64,000 bases of DNA from Desulfobacterales bacterium (GCA_035529735.1 DATKWE010000114.1:2528-66527); one strand, 5' to 3'; shown: positions 1 to 9,349, counted from the stretch's first letter. The notes: generated from the letters alone by a model not told the origin. Numbers and translations: made by a program.

Positions 1-31
1 TGTTAACATGTCCGGCATACGCCCTGTCCAC

Positions 32-94
32 TGAACCCCGAACCCTGACACCTGGCACCTGAAACCTGAAACCTACCCCCCGACCCCTGACACC
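32..94. repeat. tandem heptanucleotide repeat, about 9 units (TGAACCC CGAACCC TGACACC TGGCACC TGAAACC TGAAACC TACCCCC CGACCCC TGACACC)
   Basis: Read directly from the sequence. Strict 7-nt periodicity, C-rich on the + strand, just 3' of the minus-strand gene ending at 105. Confidence 0.8.
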
Positions 95-104
95 CCTTTG
101 ACCA

Positions 105-731
105 TCACCCATGACCGTATGTTTTTATCATCTGAGCAACCGTCATCTTGATCTTTATCGGCATACCCAGAGCTTGCCTGAGTTCCTTTTCCAGCCCTGC
201 CATTTCCAGATAAAACGGCGTTCGGTCAAACTTAAAATGCTGTTTCCCACGGAATTGTCTCGTGAAAGCGTCGCAACCCGAGGCCTGCAGCAATCCCTCG
301 CCGGGTCTCTGAAGTTCGTGGGGAATGCCGTGCAATCTGCATATCATGGGCCGGTAAGCATAAAGGAGGCAGACGCTGTCAACACACAGCGGGCACATCA
401 ATCGCACCGAAACGCCTTCTGCATCGGCACGATCGGTTTTCCGGCAAACATCCAAGGCCCTGCGCTTTATCTCAGCCCGTTTTTCACCATCAAGGTTATT
501 GAGGCCTTCAAGAATATACAGGTATTCCAAAAGGGTATAATGATAGAAACGGGTGAAGCAGCAATTGTCCTCGCACCCCGTACAGTTGAAACCATAACCA
601 TCCGCCGCCGCCTGGTATTTTCGATCCATGGCTGCATAGATTATTTTTAACCGGTCCAAAAAAGGGGAATAGGTGTTATGGCCGAATCCGGCCAACAGAT
701 CATGGATATGGATAGGGTGGCGTGGGTTCAT
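105..731 (-). CDS. YkgJ-family cysteine-cluster (CxxCxxCC) putative Zn/Fe-binding protein
   Basis: 208-aa ORF with a CTGCEDNCC motif and a second Cys cluster (CPLCVDSVC). Family-level recognition only. Confidence 0.6.
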   Translation of the reverse strand: MNPRHPIHIHDLLAGFGHNTYSPFLDRLKIIYAAMDRKYQAAADGYGFNCTGCEDNCCFTRFYHYTLLEYLYILEGLNNLDGEKRAEIKRRALDVCRKTDRADAEGVSVRLMCPLCVDSVCLLYAYRPMICRLHGIPHELQRPGEGLLQASGCDAFTRQFRGKQHFKFDRTPFYLEMAGLEKELRQALGMPIKIKMTVAQMIKTYGHG

Positions 732-749
732 ATATCGACCTTCATCGGG

Positions 750-1823
750 TTAAAACTGCGGCGAGGGGAAAAAGATTTTTTTGTAAAGGTTCAACGCATC
801 TCGATCTGTCATGCTGGCAATGAAATCACAAACGATCCTTTCGATGGGTAGCCGGTTGTGATAACAATCGGCCATCTGCATATCTTCAAGACTTTTCTGA
901 AGCATCTTTTCATTCTGCAAGAAAAAGGCGTAAAGTTCGGACAAAATCTTTTTGGCTTTTACAAATTCTTTGTGCACTCGCGGTGAACGATAGACCATTT
1001 CATAAAGAAACTCTCTCAATACGGTCATGCTGGAATATACCCGATCGCTCATCTCCAGACACAGTTTGCCATCGCGAACACAGGTCGAAAATACCAGATC
1101 TTTTATCATGGTGTTGGCGCGTTCCGAATGGGTGCGTCCAAGAATTTTTATACACGAATCCGGAATCTGTTGGAAGGTGACCACGCCGCTTCTTACGGCA
1201 TCATCCAGATCATGATTAAGATATGCCATAATATCGGCGATCCGAACAATATTTCCTTCGGTGGTGCAGGCCTCCTCGGCGGGATCATCCGGCATAATCT
1301 TTCCATACCCCTTGGAATGCCTTAAAATTCCGTCGCGCACCTCATAGGTCAGATTCAGTCCCCGACCGTTTTTCTCCAGAACATCCACCACACGCAGGCT
1401 CTGCTCTTTGTGTGAAAAATCGGGGGAAAATATTTCTTTGAGAACCGTTTCGCCGCCATGACCAAACGGCGTATGCCCCAGGTCATGACCCAACGCGATG
1501 GCTTCGGCCAGATCCTCGTTAAGACGCATGGCGCGGGCGATGGTTCTCGCAATTTCAGCCACTTCAAGCGTATGGGTCAGGCGGGTCCGATACTCGTCGC
1601 CCAAAGGGGATAGGAAAACCTGGGTCTTATATTTTAACCGTCTGAAAGCATTGGAATATACAATTCGATCCCTGTCCACCTGAAAAACGGTTCGGATGGG
1701 ACAGAGGTCTTCTTTTGTCATACGGCCCCGGGATTCGGCGCTCACACATCCAAAAGGAGAAATAAAACTTTTTTCACGTTTTTCAAAATCTTCGCGGATA
1801 CTCATAACCGGACACTTATCCAT
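750..1823 (-). CDS. dgt: dGTP triphosphohydrolase-like HD-domain phosphohydrolase
   Basis: 357-aa ORF with the HD signature HTLEVAEIARTIA...GHDLGHTPFGHGGE typical of the dGTPase family. Confidence 0.8.
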   Translation of the reverse strand: MDKCPVMSIREDFEKREKSFISPFGCVSAESRGRMTKEDLCPIRTVFQVDRDRIVYSNAFRRLKYKTQVFLSPLGDEYRTRLTHTLEVAEIARTIARAMRLNEDLAEAIALGHDLGHTPFGHGGETVLKEIFSPDFSHKEQSLRVVDVLEKNGRGLNLTYEVRDGILRHSKGYGKIMPDDPAEEACTTEGNIVRIADIMAYLNHDLDDAVRSGVVTFQQIPDSCIKILGRTHSERANTMIKDLVFSTCVRDGKLCLEMSDRVYSSMTVLREFLYEMVYRSPRVHKEFVKAKKILSELYAFFLQNEKMLQKSLEDMQMADCYHNRLPIERIVCDFIASMTDRDALNLYKKIFFPSPQF

Positions 1824-2106
1824 AGGAAAATTAAATTGTAAAGAAATATTTGACGCTTTACATCCTGAAGATCTTATTTTATGCTTTTCTGATCGATTGT
1901 ATTTTTTTGCATTTTATGCAAATTGTGATGTTTTATTATCCCCCCGCTTTGCAGACGACAACCTTCTGTTTTCCGGTCCCCTGCCCCGTGAAATAGGGAG
2001 ACTGTTCCTTCGGGGCCGCGGGAAAACACAAAAGATTTTCTATTCTCTGCGGTGGGCATAAAACTTTTCTATAACTCCATTACCGTTTGGCACCCATCAA
2101 TCCGGG

Positions 2107-2688
2107 TTGGAAAGGTTCAATAACGCGTTGAAAGAGACCCAAGGGCATCACCTCGTTCTCGGTGAACTGATCGATTTTGTTACCGGTGAAAAAATTCCGG
2201 ACACCCATGATGAAAGATACCGGCAGCAACTGGCTCGCATGCTGGTGGCGCATAAAGGATACCTCAAAAACCAGATCCAGCCCCGTTTCGAACTCCGGGT
2301 AGCGGCTGAAAATAAACAAGCGATTTTGAAGATCGACTTTGTTGTTAACCTTTCCGAAAGGATCTGCATGATCATAAAATACGGCCCCGGCTCTCTGGTT
2401 ACCCGGCATCGACCCGCATTGGCGGCATCGAGACTCGTGGCACCGTATCAGGTTCCGGTTGCGGTGGTTACAAACGGCAAGGATGCAGACATTATTGAGG
2501 GCGCGACAGGCAACATCATTTCATCCGGTCTCGAATCGATACCCGCCAAAGCCGAACTTGTCCAACGGGTTGAAAAAACAGACTTTGATCTAATATCGGC
2601 AAAACAGGCTGAAATGGAATCGAGAATCCTTTATGCCTTTGAAGTCGATGGGAGCTGTCCGTGTGATGATTCCATATGCATTTTGTAA
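2107..2688 (+). CDS. stand-alone HsdR N-terminal-domain-like (restriction-endonuclease-fold) protein
   Basis: 193-aa ORF with a TTG start. Resembles the type I restriction enzyme R-subunit N-terminal domain family. No hsdM/hsdS nearby. Confidence 0.45.
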   Translation: MERFNNALKETQGHHLVLGELIDFVTGEKIPDTHDERYRQQLARMLVAHKGYLKNQIQPRFELRVAAENKQAILKIDFVVNLSERICMIIKYGPGSLVTRHRPALAASRLVAPYQVPVAVVTNGKDADIIEGATGNIISSGLESIPAKAELVQRVEKTDFDLISAKQAEMESRILYAFEVDGSCPCDDSICIL

Positions 2689-2742
2689 GCAAAGCCCGGC
2701 CCAGAGTGGATTTGCTTTTTTGAAAGTTCACTGACTTATTGA

Positions 2743-2857
2743 AATTCCAAATAACAAATCCCAAAAAACAATCGCTTTGAAACGGTTTGGAATTTGGAAT
2801 TTGAGATTTATTTGTAATTTGGTGCTTGGGATTTGTGATTTAAGACACCAAATTCCA
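2743..2857. repeat. heptamer-periodic repeat block (TGGAATT TGGAATT TGAGATT ... TGGTGCT TGGGATT TGTGATT) with inverted copies (AATTCCA, AATCCCA) on its left side
   Basis: Read directly. Includes a 16-nt imperfect inverted repeat, AAATAACAAATCCCAA (2749-2764) with TTGGGATTTGTGATTT (2826-2841). Confidence 0.75.
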
Positions 2858-2948
2858 AGACATCGTCGGAGTGCTCTGACCCTCGATGCTCGGGTTCTTC
2901 GACGGACCCAAGAACCAGGTTTTTCAGGGTAAAATCAATATTTAAATA

Positions 2949-3464
2949 TTGGCTTATCTTATGGACTATGAATATTTCATGAAAAAGGCTTTAAACCAGG
3001 CAAGAAGCGCCTTATCCGCCGGAGAATTCCCGGTAGGATGTGTGGTGGTCCATGAAGACCGGATTCTGACAACCGGTGCCCGAAAGGGTACCGCCGGAAA
3101 TATCCCCAATGAGATCGACCATGCAGAAATGATTGCATTAAAGCGTCTGGCCGATTTGGATATCAATAGGGATAATAAGAGAATCGTCCTTTTCACCACA
3201 CTGGAGCCCTGTCTCATGTGCCTGGGGGCTCTGATTTTAAGCGGTATCAGCGAAATTGTTTATGCTTACGAAGACGTCATGGGCGGCGGCTTGAGCTGCG
3301 ATTTGAAAAATTTGATGCCGCTTTACAAAAACAGTCGAATCTCGTTTGTTCCGAACATCTTACGAAAAGAGAGCCTGGAACTTTTCCAGGCGTTTTTTAA
3401 TAATGCTGAAAATTCTTACTGGCAAGGAAGCCTTTTAGCAGACTACACACGCAGGCAACCATGA
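2949..3464 (+). CDS. CMP/dCMP-type zinc deaminase (nucleoside / tRNA-adenosine deaminase family)
   Basis: 171-aa ORF with the HAEM...EPCLMC zinc-binding signature. The start may be the ATG at 2961. Confidence 0.8.
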   Translation: MAYLMDYEYFMKKALNQARSALSAGEFPVGCVVVHEDRILTTGARKGTAGNIPNEIDHAEMIALKRLADLDINRDNKRIVLFTTLEPCLMCLGALILSGISEIVYAYEDVMGGGLSCDLKNLMPLYKNSRISFVPNILRKESLELFQAFFNNAENSYWQGSLLADYTRRQP

Positions 3465-3503
3465 CGTCCCGGAAATCTTATCGGCCTGAAGCGGAAAATG
3501 ACA

Positions 3504-3528
3504 CGCCGTTTGACGGCGATTTATTTAT
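3504..3528 (+). terminator. possible intrinsic terminator after the deaminase gene
   Basis: CGCCGT-TTG-ACGGCG hairpin followed by ATTTATTTAT. Confidence 0.35.
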
Positions 3529-3822
3529 GCCGTCTGCATGAAAGAACGCATTTAATTTTCATAGGATCCATCACGCCCAGCCGTCCATGAATCCAATTTT
3601 CAACACGCCATTATTCCAACACACCGGTTGAGGAGCGAAACGGAGACGACTTGGTTTTATTTTCTTGCATTTTTTTCTTGCATTTATTAGTGTTCTTATA
3701 TATTTCAGACTTCACTTCATGTTCGCGACGCTTTACATGGGATATCTTTAAAAAATAGAGGGTTCTCCCGCGATTACGTGTGAGTGAAAACGGCAACAAT
3801 TTATGGCTTAGGAGGTGTGGGT

Positions 3823-4368
3823 ATAGCTATTTCGAAACGTACAAATCGGACAAACAGATCAAACCGAATCAACATCAACAGAAATATTAGGGCAAAAGAG
3901 GTCAGGGTCATAGATCCTGACGGCAACCAGATCGGCGTTATACCGACTTACAAAGCAATTGCTGTTGCCAACGATTTCGGCCTTGATCTGGTGGAAATTT
4001 CACCGAATGCTGATCCTCCTGTTTGCAAAATCATGGATTACGGCCGGTACAAATATGAGCTGACCAAGAAAAAACAGGAGGCCAAAAAGAAACAATCCAC
4101 AGTTCAGCTCAAAGAGATAAAGGTGCGTCCAAAGACGGGTGACCACGACCTTAATACAAAAATCAACCATATCAAAAAGTTCATCGATAGAAAGGACAAA
4201 GTCAAGGTAACCGTCATTTTCAGGGGCCGAGAAATTACACTCACCCAGCAGGGCCGAACTCTGCTCGAAAAGATTGTTCAGGAAACAGAAGAGATTGCAA
4301 CGGTTGAACAGCATCCCAAATTTGAAGGCCGCACCATGGTGATGGTCCTGGCACCGAAACCCGCATAA
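3823..4368 (+). CDS. infC: translation initiation factor IF-3 (non-AUG start, ATA 3823 or ATT 3829)
   Basis: Strong IF-3 similarity (RINRNIRAKEVRVIDPDGNQIGVI...). The SD GGAGGTG at 3811-3817 lies inside the GTG-3784 ORF, which places the real start at ATA or ATT just downstream. Confidence 0.9.
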   Translation: MAISKRTNRTNRSNRININRNIRAKEVRVIDPDGNQIGVIPTYKAIAVANDFGLDLVEISPNADPPVCKIMDYGRYKYELTKKKQEAKKKQSTVQLKEIKVRPKTGDHDLNTKINHIKKFIDRKDKVKVTVIFRGREITLTQQGRTLLEKIVQETEEIATVEQHPKFEGRTMVMVLAPKPA

Positions 4369-4444
4369 AAATAATTGTGTCTTGACAACCCGTTATTGCA
4401 AATAATAAAAACCTGTTTATCATAGGGGGCGTCAGTTAACTATC

Positions 4445-4541
4445 GATGAATTCAACCGGTTGCGAATTCATCATCAATGTTTAATATATACTGTTTATGC
4501 AGATGGCGTGGACTGGAATCTGTCTATGGTTCACGCCATCT
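4445..4541 (+). promoter_or_regulatory. structured rpmI-rplT leader (two strong hairpins); candidate L20 autoregulatory site
   Basis: GATGAATTC (4445-4453) pairs with GAATTCATC (4464-4472). AGATGGCGTG (4501-4510) pairs with CACGCCATCT (4532-4541). Both lie just 5' of the rpmI RBS. A TTGACA promoter-like box sits near 4383. Confidence 0.4.
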
Positions 4542-4570
4542 ATGTTTGAATCATCGGAGAGGATAAAAAA

Positions 4571-4768
4571 ATGCCAAAAATAAAAACAAATCGAGCCGCC
4601 GCAAAGCGTTTTAAAAAAACAGGAACCGGAAAATTCGTTTTTTCGAAATCACATGCAAGTCATATTTTAACCAAAAAAACTACAAAGCGTAAACGTGGTT
4701 TAAGGAAAAGCCGAATCGTTGACAAAGACAATATGAAGGCCCTCAAGCTGTTACTCCCCAATGGGTAA
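4571..4768 (+). CDS. rpmI: 50S ribosomal protein L35
   Basis: 65-aa basic [24 protein letters not shown]..., in the conserved infC-rpmI-rplT order. Confidence 0.95.
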   Translation: MPKIKTNRAAAKRFKKTGTGKFVFSKSHASHILTKKTTKRKRGLRKSRIVDKDNMKALKLLLPNG

Positions 4769-4799
4769 CTGATCTGGAATAACGTTTAGGAGAAAATTT

Positions 4800-5150
4800 A
4801 TGCGAGTTAAAAGAGGTTTTAAAGCAAGAAAACGCAGAAAAAAGGTTTTAAAATTAGCCAAAGGATTTCGTGGAGGCCGCAGCAAATTATTTCGTACAGC
4901 AGCTGATGCCGTAGATAAGGCGTTGATGTATGCTTATCGGGATCGCAGAGTTCGCAAGCGTGATTTCCGAAGACTCTGGATTGCCAGAATCAATGCGGCT
5001 GCACGGATGAACCATCTATCTTACAGCAAATTCCTTCACGGATTGAAGATTGCCGGTGTTGAGCTGGACCGAAAAGTTCTGGCTGAATTGGCAATATCGG
5101 ATCCATCGGGCTTTACTCAGATTGCCAAACTGGCATCAGAACAGCTATGA
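4800..5150 (+). CDS. rplT: 50S ribosomal protein L20
   Basis: 116-aa [28 protein letters not shown]... Confidence 0.95.
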   Translation: MRVKRGFKARKRRKKVLKLAKGFRGGRSKLFRTAADAVDKALMYAYRDRRVRKRDFRRLWIARINAAARMNHLSYSKFLHGLKIAGVELDRKVLAELAISDPSGFTQIAKLASEQL

Positions 5151-5243
5151 CCCCAATCCGGATCAGCAACATTCAGAAACCAAAAGGTTTTTTGCTGTTG
5201 ATCTTAAATTTGTCCGGAAATGCTTTATAGATAGAGTTCGAAA

Positions 5244-6251
5244 TTGGAAAAAACCATAGAACAGATTAAAGAAGAGGCGCTCAAGGAACTTGAATACGCA
5301 TCTGACGCTGAAAGTATCAAGGCCATTTCTGTCCGGTATCTGGGCCGAAAGGGAGCGGTCACCCGGTATTTAAGAAATGTTTCAAATCTGCCGAAAGAAA
5401 TCCGGCCGAAGGCGGGAAAGAAGGCCAATGAGACCCAAAAAACCCTCGAAACATTATTCAAAAAAACCCTGAAACAACTGGAAGCCGCCGCTGATGAAGC
5501 CGATGGCCGGTTGGATGTTTCGCTCCCCGGAAGAGTTGTTCCCCAAGGATCTCTGCATCCGATTACCCAGATTGCCCAGCAGATTTCCAACATTTTTATC
5601 CGGCTGGGATTTGACGTTGCTGAAGGGCCTGAGGTTGAAACCGATTATTACAACTTCGAAGCGCTGAATATCCCTAAAAATCACCCTGCAAGAGATATGC
5701 AGGATACCTTTTATATATCAAAGAACATCGTTCTTCGAACCCATACCTCTCCGACTCAGCCCCGAATCATGGAGAAACAGAAACCTCCGGTAAGAATAAT
5801 TGCACCCGGCAAGGTCTACCGTTGTGATTCCGATTTAACGCACACGCCCATGTTTCATCAGGTTGAAGGGCTTCTGGTCGATGAAAATATATCCTTCGGC
5901 GACCTTAAAGGTATTTTAACCACATTTGTCCACCAGATGTTCGACCCAGAGACCAGTCTCAGATTCCGGCCCAGCTTTTTCCCATTTACCGAACCGAGTG
6001 CTGAAGTCGATATTCGGTGCGTTATTTGCAAAGGCGATGGATGCAGAGTATGTTCAAAAACCGGCTGGCTGGAAGTCCTCGGTTCCGGCATGGTTCACCC
6101 TGCAGTGTTTGAAAATGTCGGATACGATACAACCCGCTATTCCGGTTTTGCTTTCGGAATGGGTGTGGAACGGATTGCCATGCTGAAATACGGGATTGAT
6201 GATATTCGAAAATACTTTCAAAATGATCTAAGATTTTTAAGGCAGTTTTAA
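5244..6251 (+). CDS. pheS: phenylalanine--tRNA ligase alpha subunit
   Basis: 335-aa ORF with class II aaRS motifs ([34 protein letters not shown]). TTG start. Confidence 0.95.
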   Translation: MEKTIEQIKEEALKELEYASDAESIKAISVRYLGRKGAVTRYLRNVSNLPKEIRPKAGKKANETQKTLETLFKKTLKQLEAAADEADGRLDVSLPGRVVPQGSLHPITQIAQQISNIFIRLGFDVAEGPEVETDYYNFEALNIPKNHPARDMQDTFYISKNIVLRTHTSPTQPRIMEKQKPPVRIIAPGKVYRCDSDLTHTPMFHQVEGLLVDENISFGDLKGILTTFVHQMFDPETSLRFRPSFFPFTEPSAEVDIRCVICKGDGCRVCSKTGWLEVLGSGMVHPAVFENVGYDTTRYSGFAFGMGVERIAMLKYGIDDIRKYFQNDLRFLRQF

Positions 6252-6252
6252 C

Positions 6253-8673
6253 ATGAAGGTCAGTTTAAACTGGTTAAAAGAATACGTTAGCGTTGACATG
6301 AATCCAAATGATCTGGCGGATGCACTCACCATGGCCGGACTTGAGGTTGAAGCTGTTTCAGACCGTTACGATTATTTGAACCGTGTTGTCATCGGCCGGA
6401 TAACAACCGTTGAACCCCACCCGAATGCTGACCAGCTGAAGCTCTGCAGTGTAGATATCGGTAAGCGCGTCATCACGGTTGTTTGCGGCGCGCCCAATGC
6501 CAAAAAGGATATGCTTGCCCCTTGCGCTTTGCCCGGCACGTGTTTCCCAAAAGGACCCGTCCTTAAAAAGAGTGTCATCCGGGGAGAGACTTCGGAAGGG
6601 ATGCTCTGCAGCGAAGTCGAATTGGGACTCGGCATCAACAGTGACGGCATCATGGAACTTGGCAATAATCTTTCGGTGGGGGATACGCTCAATAAGGCCC
6701 TTGATCTGTCAGACCCTGTGTTCGAAATAGACCTGACACCCAACAGACCCGACTGCCTCAGTATCATTGGAACGGCTCGGGAAATTGCGGCATTTCAGAA
6801 AAAAAAGGTGTCGTATCCTGAAATTTTATTGCCTGAATCCTTTGATGACATTTCAAATCATACCTCTGTAACACTAATGGCCCCGGATCTTTGTCCGAGA
6901 TATGCCGCCAGTCTTATTTTTGATATCACCGTTGGGCCGTCTCCTTTCTGGCTTCAGAATCGGCTTATTTCAGTGGGGCTGAAACCCATCAACAATATCG
7001 TTGACATCACCAACTTCGTTATGATGGAAACCGGCCAGCCGCTTCATGCCTTTGACTTTGGCCGCCTTGCCGAAAACCGTATTGTGGTTCGAACCGCCGG
7101 TGAGGGTGAAACCTTCATCACTCTGGATGGAAAAGAACGCCGCCTGGACCCGGAAATGCTGATGATTTGCGACGGTGAAAAGCCGGTTGCCCTTGCAGGT
7201 GTGATGGGCGGACTGAATTCGGAAGTCGAAGACACCACCACAAGGATTCTCCTTGAAAGCGCGTATTTTGACCCGGTTTGCATTCGAAAAACATCCAAAA
7301 AAACAGGATTGAATACCGATGCATCTCACCGTTTCGAACGCGGGGTCGATCACTGCGGCACCATCACTGCATTAAAGCGAGCGACACAACTCATTGTCGA
7401 AATCGGCGGCGGCAAACTCGTTAAAGGGATCATCGACGAATACCCAGATCCATTTTCTGAAAAAACCATCGAATTCAACGGCAAGGATTTAAATCGCCAC
7501 CTGGGCACCCAGCTCAATGTAAATGATATCGGAAACTACTTGAAATCGATTGAATTTGAAGTCGAAAAAATAGACGCTGACCGACTTCGGGTGATCCCGC
7601 CATCCTGCAGGGTCGATATCTCCAGATTTGAAGATATTGCCGAAGAGATTGCACGGCTATACGGTTATAACAACATCGAAACAACATTTCCGCTGATACC
7701 GGCCGAAGCAACGCATCCCTCAAAAAAGATCGAATCCAGAGATCGAATCAAATTTCTGATGACGGGGCTGGGGTTCAACGAAGCCATAAATTACAGTTTT
7801 GTCAGCGAACGATCCTGTGATCTCCTCGAACTCGCACCGGATGATCCCAAAAGACAGGTGGTGAGGATATTAAATCCGCTGTCCGAAGATCAATCGGTGA
7901 TGCGAACGTCTCTGGTCCCCGGGCTTCTTGAAACAATGAAGTACAATTTGTCGGTGCAAAACAAAAATCTGAAACTGTTTGAAATTGGCAAGGTCTTTAT
8001 CGACACGGGCCAGGAAGATACTCAGCCGCATGAATTTGAAATGATTTCAGGACTCTGGACCGGAACAGCCATCGATTCGGCCTGGTTTTCCAAGGAGGTT
8101 GATTGTGATTTTTATGACCTAAAAGGCGTGGTTGAAGAACTGTTAAGGAAACTGGGGATTGTGAGTACCATCTTCACACGAATGCCGCCAACCTCTTGTT
8201 TTTATACAAAACCCGGCGCTACGGCTCAGATTCTCGTTAAAAACGAGCCCATGGGACTTGTGGGAGAATTACACCCTAAAGTACTTGCCAATTACGACTT
8301 GAAGCAAACAGCGTTTATTTTTGAACTTGACCTCGACCGAATCATTCGATTATTATCTGATGAGAAATCCGCCCATCCCATTCCAAGATATCCGGCAACA
8401 TCGAGGGATATTACCCTTATTATTAATAAGGACGTTGAGGCGTACAAGATCATTCAATACGTTGAAATGCTTAATGAAGAATTGGTGGAAACCATACACC
8501 TCTTTGATGTTTTTGAACGAGACCCGATTCCTGAAGAAAGAAAAAGTGTTTCATTGAGAATAACCTACAGGTCTTTAGATGAAACTTTGGAAGATACCCG
8601 GACAAATCATATTCACACGAGCATTACCCGGCACCTGGTGGAAAAATTTGATGCCACCTTGCCGGCCGAATAA
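6253..8673 (+). CDS. pheT: phenylalanine--tRNA ligase beta subunit
   Basis: 806-aa ORF starting 1 nt after the pheS stop, with the typical MKVSLNWLKEYV N-terminus. Confidence 0.95.
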   Translation: MKVSLNWLKEYVSVDMNPNDLADALTMAGLEVEAVSDRYDYLNRVVIGRITTVEPHPNADQLKLCSVDIGKRVITVVCGAPNAKKDMLAPCALPGTCFPKGPVLKKSVIRGETSEGMLCSEVELGLGINSDGIMELGNNLSVGDTLNKALDLSDPVFEIDLTPNRPDCLSIIGTAREIAAFQKKKVSYPEILLPESFDDISNHTSVTLMAPDLCPRYAASLIFDITVGPSPFWLQNRLISVGLKPINNIVDITNFVMMETGQPLHAFDFGRLAENRIVVRTAGEGETFITLDGKERRLDPEMLMICDGEKPVALAGVMGGLNSEVEDTTTRILLESAYFDPVCIRKTSKKTGLNTDASHRFERGVDHCGTITALKRATQLIVEIGGGKLVKGIIDEYPDPFSEKTIEFNGKDLNRHLGTQLNVNDIGNYLKSIEFEVEKIDADRLRVIPPSCRVDISRFEDIAEEIARLYGYNNIETTFPLIPAEATHPSKKIESRDRIKFLMTGLGFNEAINYSFVSERSCDLLELAPDDPKRQVVRILNPLSEDQSVMRTSLVPGLLETMKYNLSVQNKNLKLFEIGKVFIDTGQEDTQPHEFEMISGLWTGTAIDSAWFSKEVDCDFYDLKGVVEELLRKLGIVSTIFTRMPPTSCFYTKPGATAQILVKNEPMGLVGELHPKVLANYDLKQTAFIFELDLDRIIRLLSDEKSAHPIPRYPATSRDITLIINKDVEAYKIIQYVEMLNEELVETIHLFDVFERDPIPEERKSVSLRITYRSLDETLEDTRTNHIHTSITRHLVEKFDATLPAE

Positions 8674-8947
8674 TCTTTGTTAAGGCATTTAACCCTGACA
8701 AACTCGTAAAAAGTCTTTTGTGAGCGATATCTGATCATTTGGGAATCCAGTGTTTCAAGCGGTGATGCGTTAAAAATTTCAAGCTGTTTGAGGAGCTTGC
8801 GACGAGTTCTTGAAATTTAGCAGCACAGTTTGAAACGCCCCCAAATGGTCACTGAGCGAGCAAAACGGACTTTTTACGAGACCATCAACCATAGACGCAC
8901 ACAAACCGATTCGTTTTCTGACCGTTTGCAAAACCGGCAACTTCAAG

Positions 8948-9295
8948 ATGCAGAACAACACATCTTATCAAAAAGAACTGCCAGACAAACTGTACTTCAA
9001 AGTCGGGGAAGTCAGTGCCATCGTGGGTGTTCCTGCCTATGTTTTAAGGTTTTGGGAGTCTGAGTTCAAAAAGATTAAACCCAAACGGACGTCTTCGGGA
9101 CAAAGATTGTACCGGAAAAGAGATGTTGAGCTGATTTTGAAGATCAAACATCTCCTGTATGAAAAAAAATTTACGATTCAAGGCGCAAAACAACATTTGA
9201 AAACAACACCCGCTGAGAAAAAGGTAACACCACCCGTCAACACCCTCGAGGAAATCCGCCTGGAACTCCAAAAAATCCGAGATCTTTTAACTTAA
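8948..9295 (+). CDS. MerR-family transcriptional regulator
   Basis: 115-aa ORF with the N-terminal HTH YFKVGEVSAIVGVPAYVLRFWESEF. Confidence 0.7.
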   Translation: MQNNTSYQKELPDKLYFKVGEVSAIVGVPAYVLRFWESEFKKIKPKRTSSGQRLYRKRDVELILKIKHLLYEKKFTIQGAKQHLKTTPAEKKVTPPVNTLEEIRLELQKIRDLLT

Positions 9296-9349
9296 TCCCT
9301 ATCAATTTTGATTTGTTAGAAAAACGCAAAAATTTATTATTGAAAAATA

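Noticed and set aside
2083-2100. TTGGCAC-N5-AATCC resembling a sigma54 -24/-12 promoter
   Set aside because: The -12 element (TTGC) is missing, and the site abuts the TTG start codon at 2107, leaving no room for a leader.
3784-3822. GTG-3784 N-terminal extension of infC
   Set aside because: The extension contains the strong SD GGAGGTG as coding sequence and adds residues not found at IF-3 N-termini. A non-AUG start just downstream is more consistent.
8779-9063. 60-aa (-) and 77-aa (+) ORFs between pheT and the MerR gene
   Set aside because: They overlap each other and the hairpin-rich spacer. The + ORF also overlaps the MerR gene out of frame. Neither has an RBS or any family resemblance.
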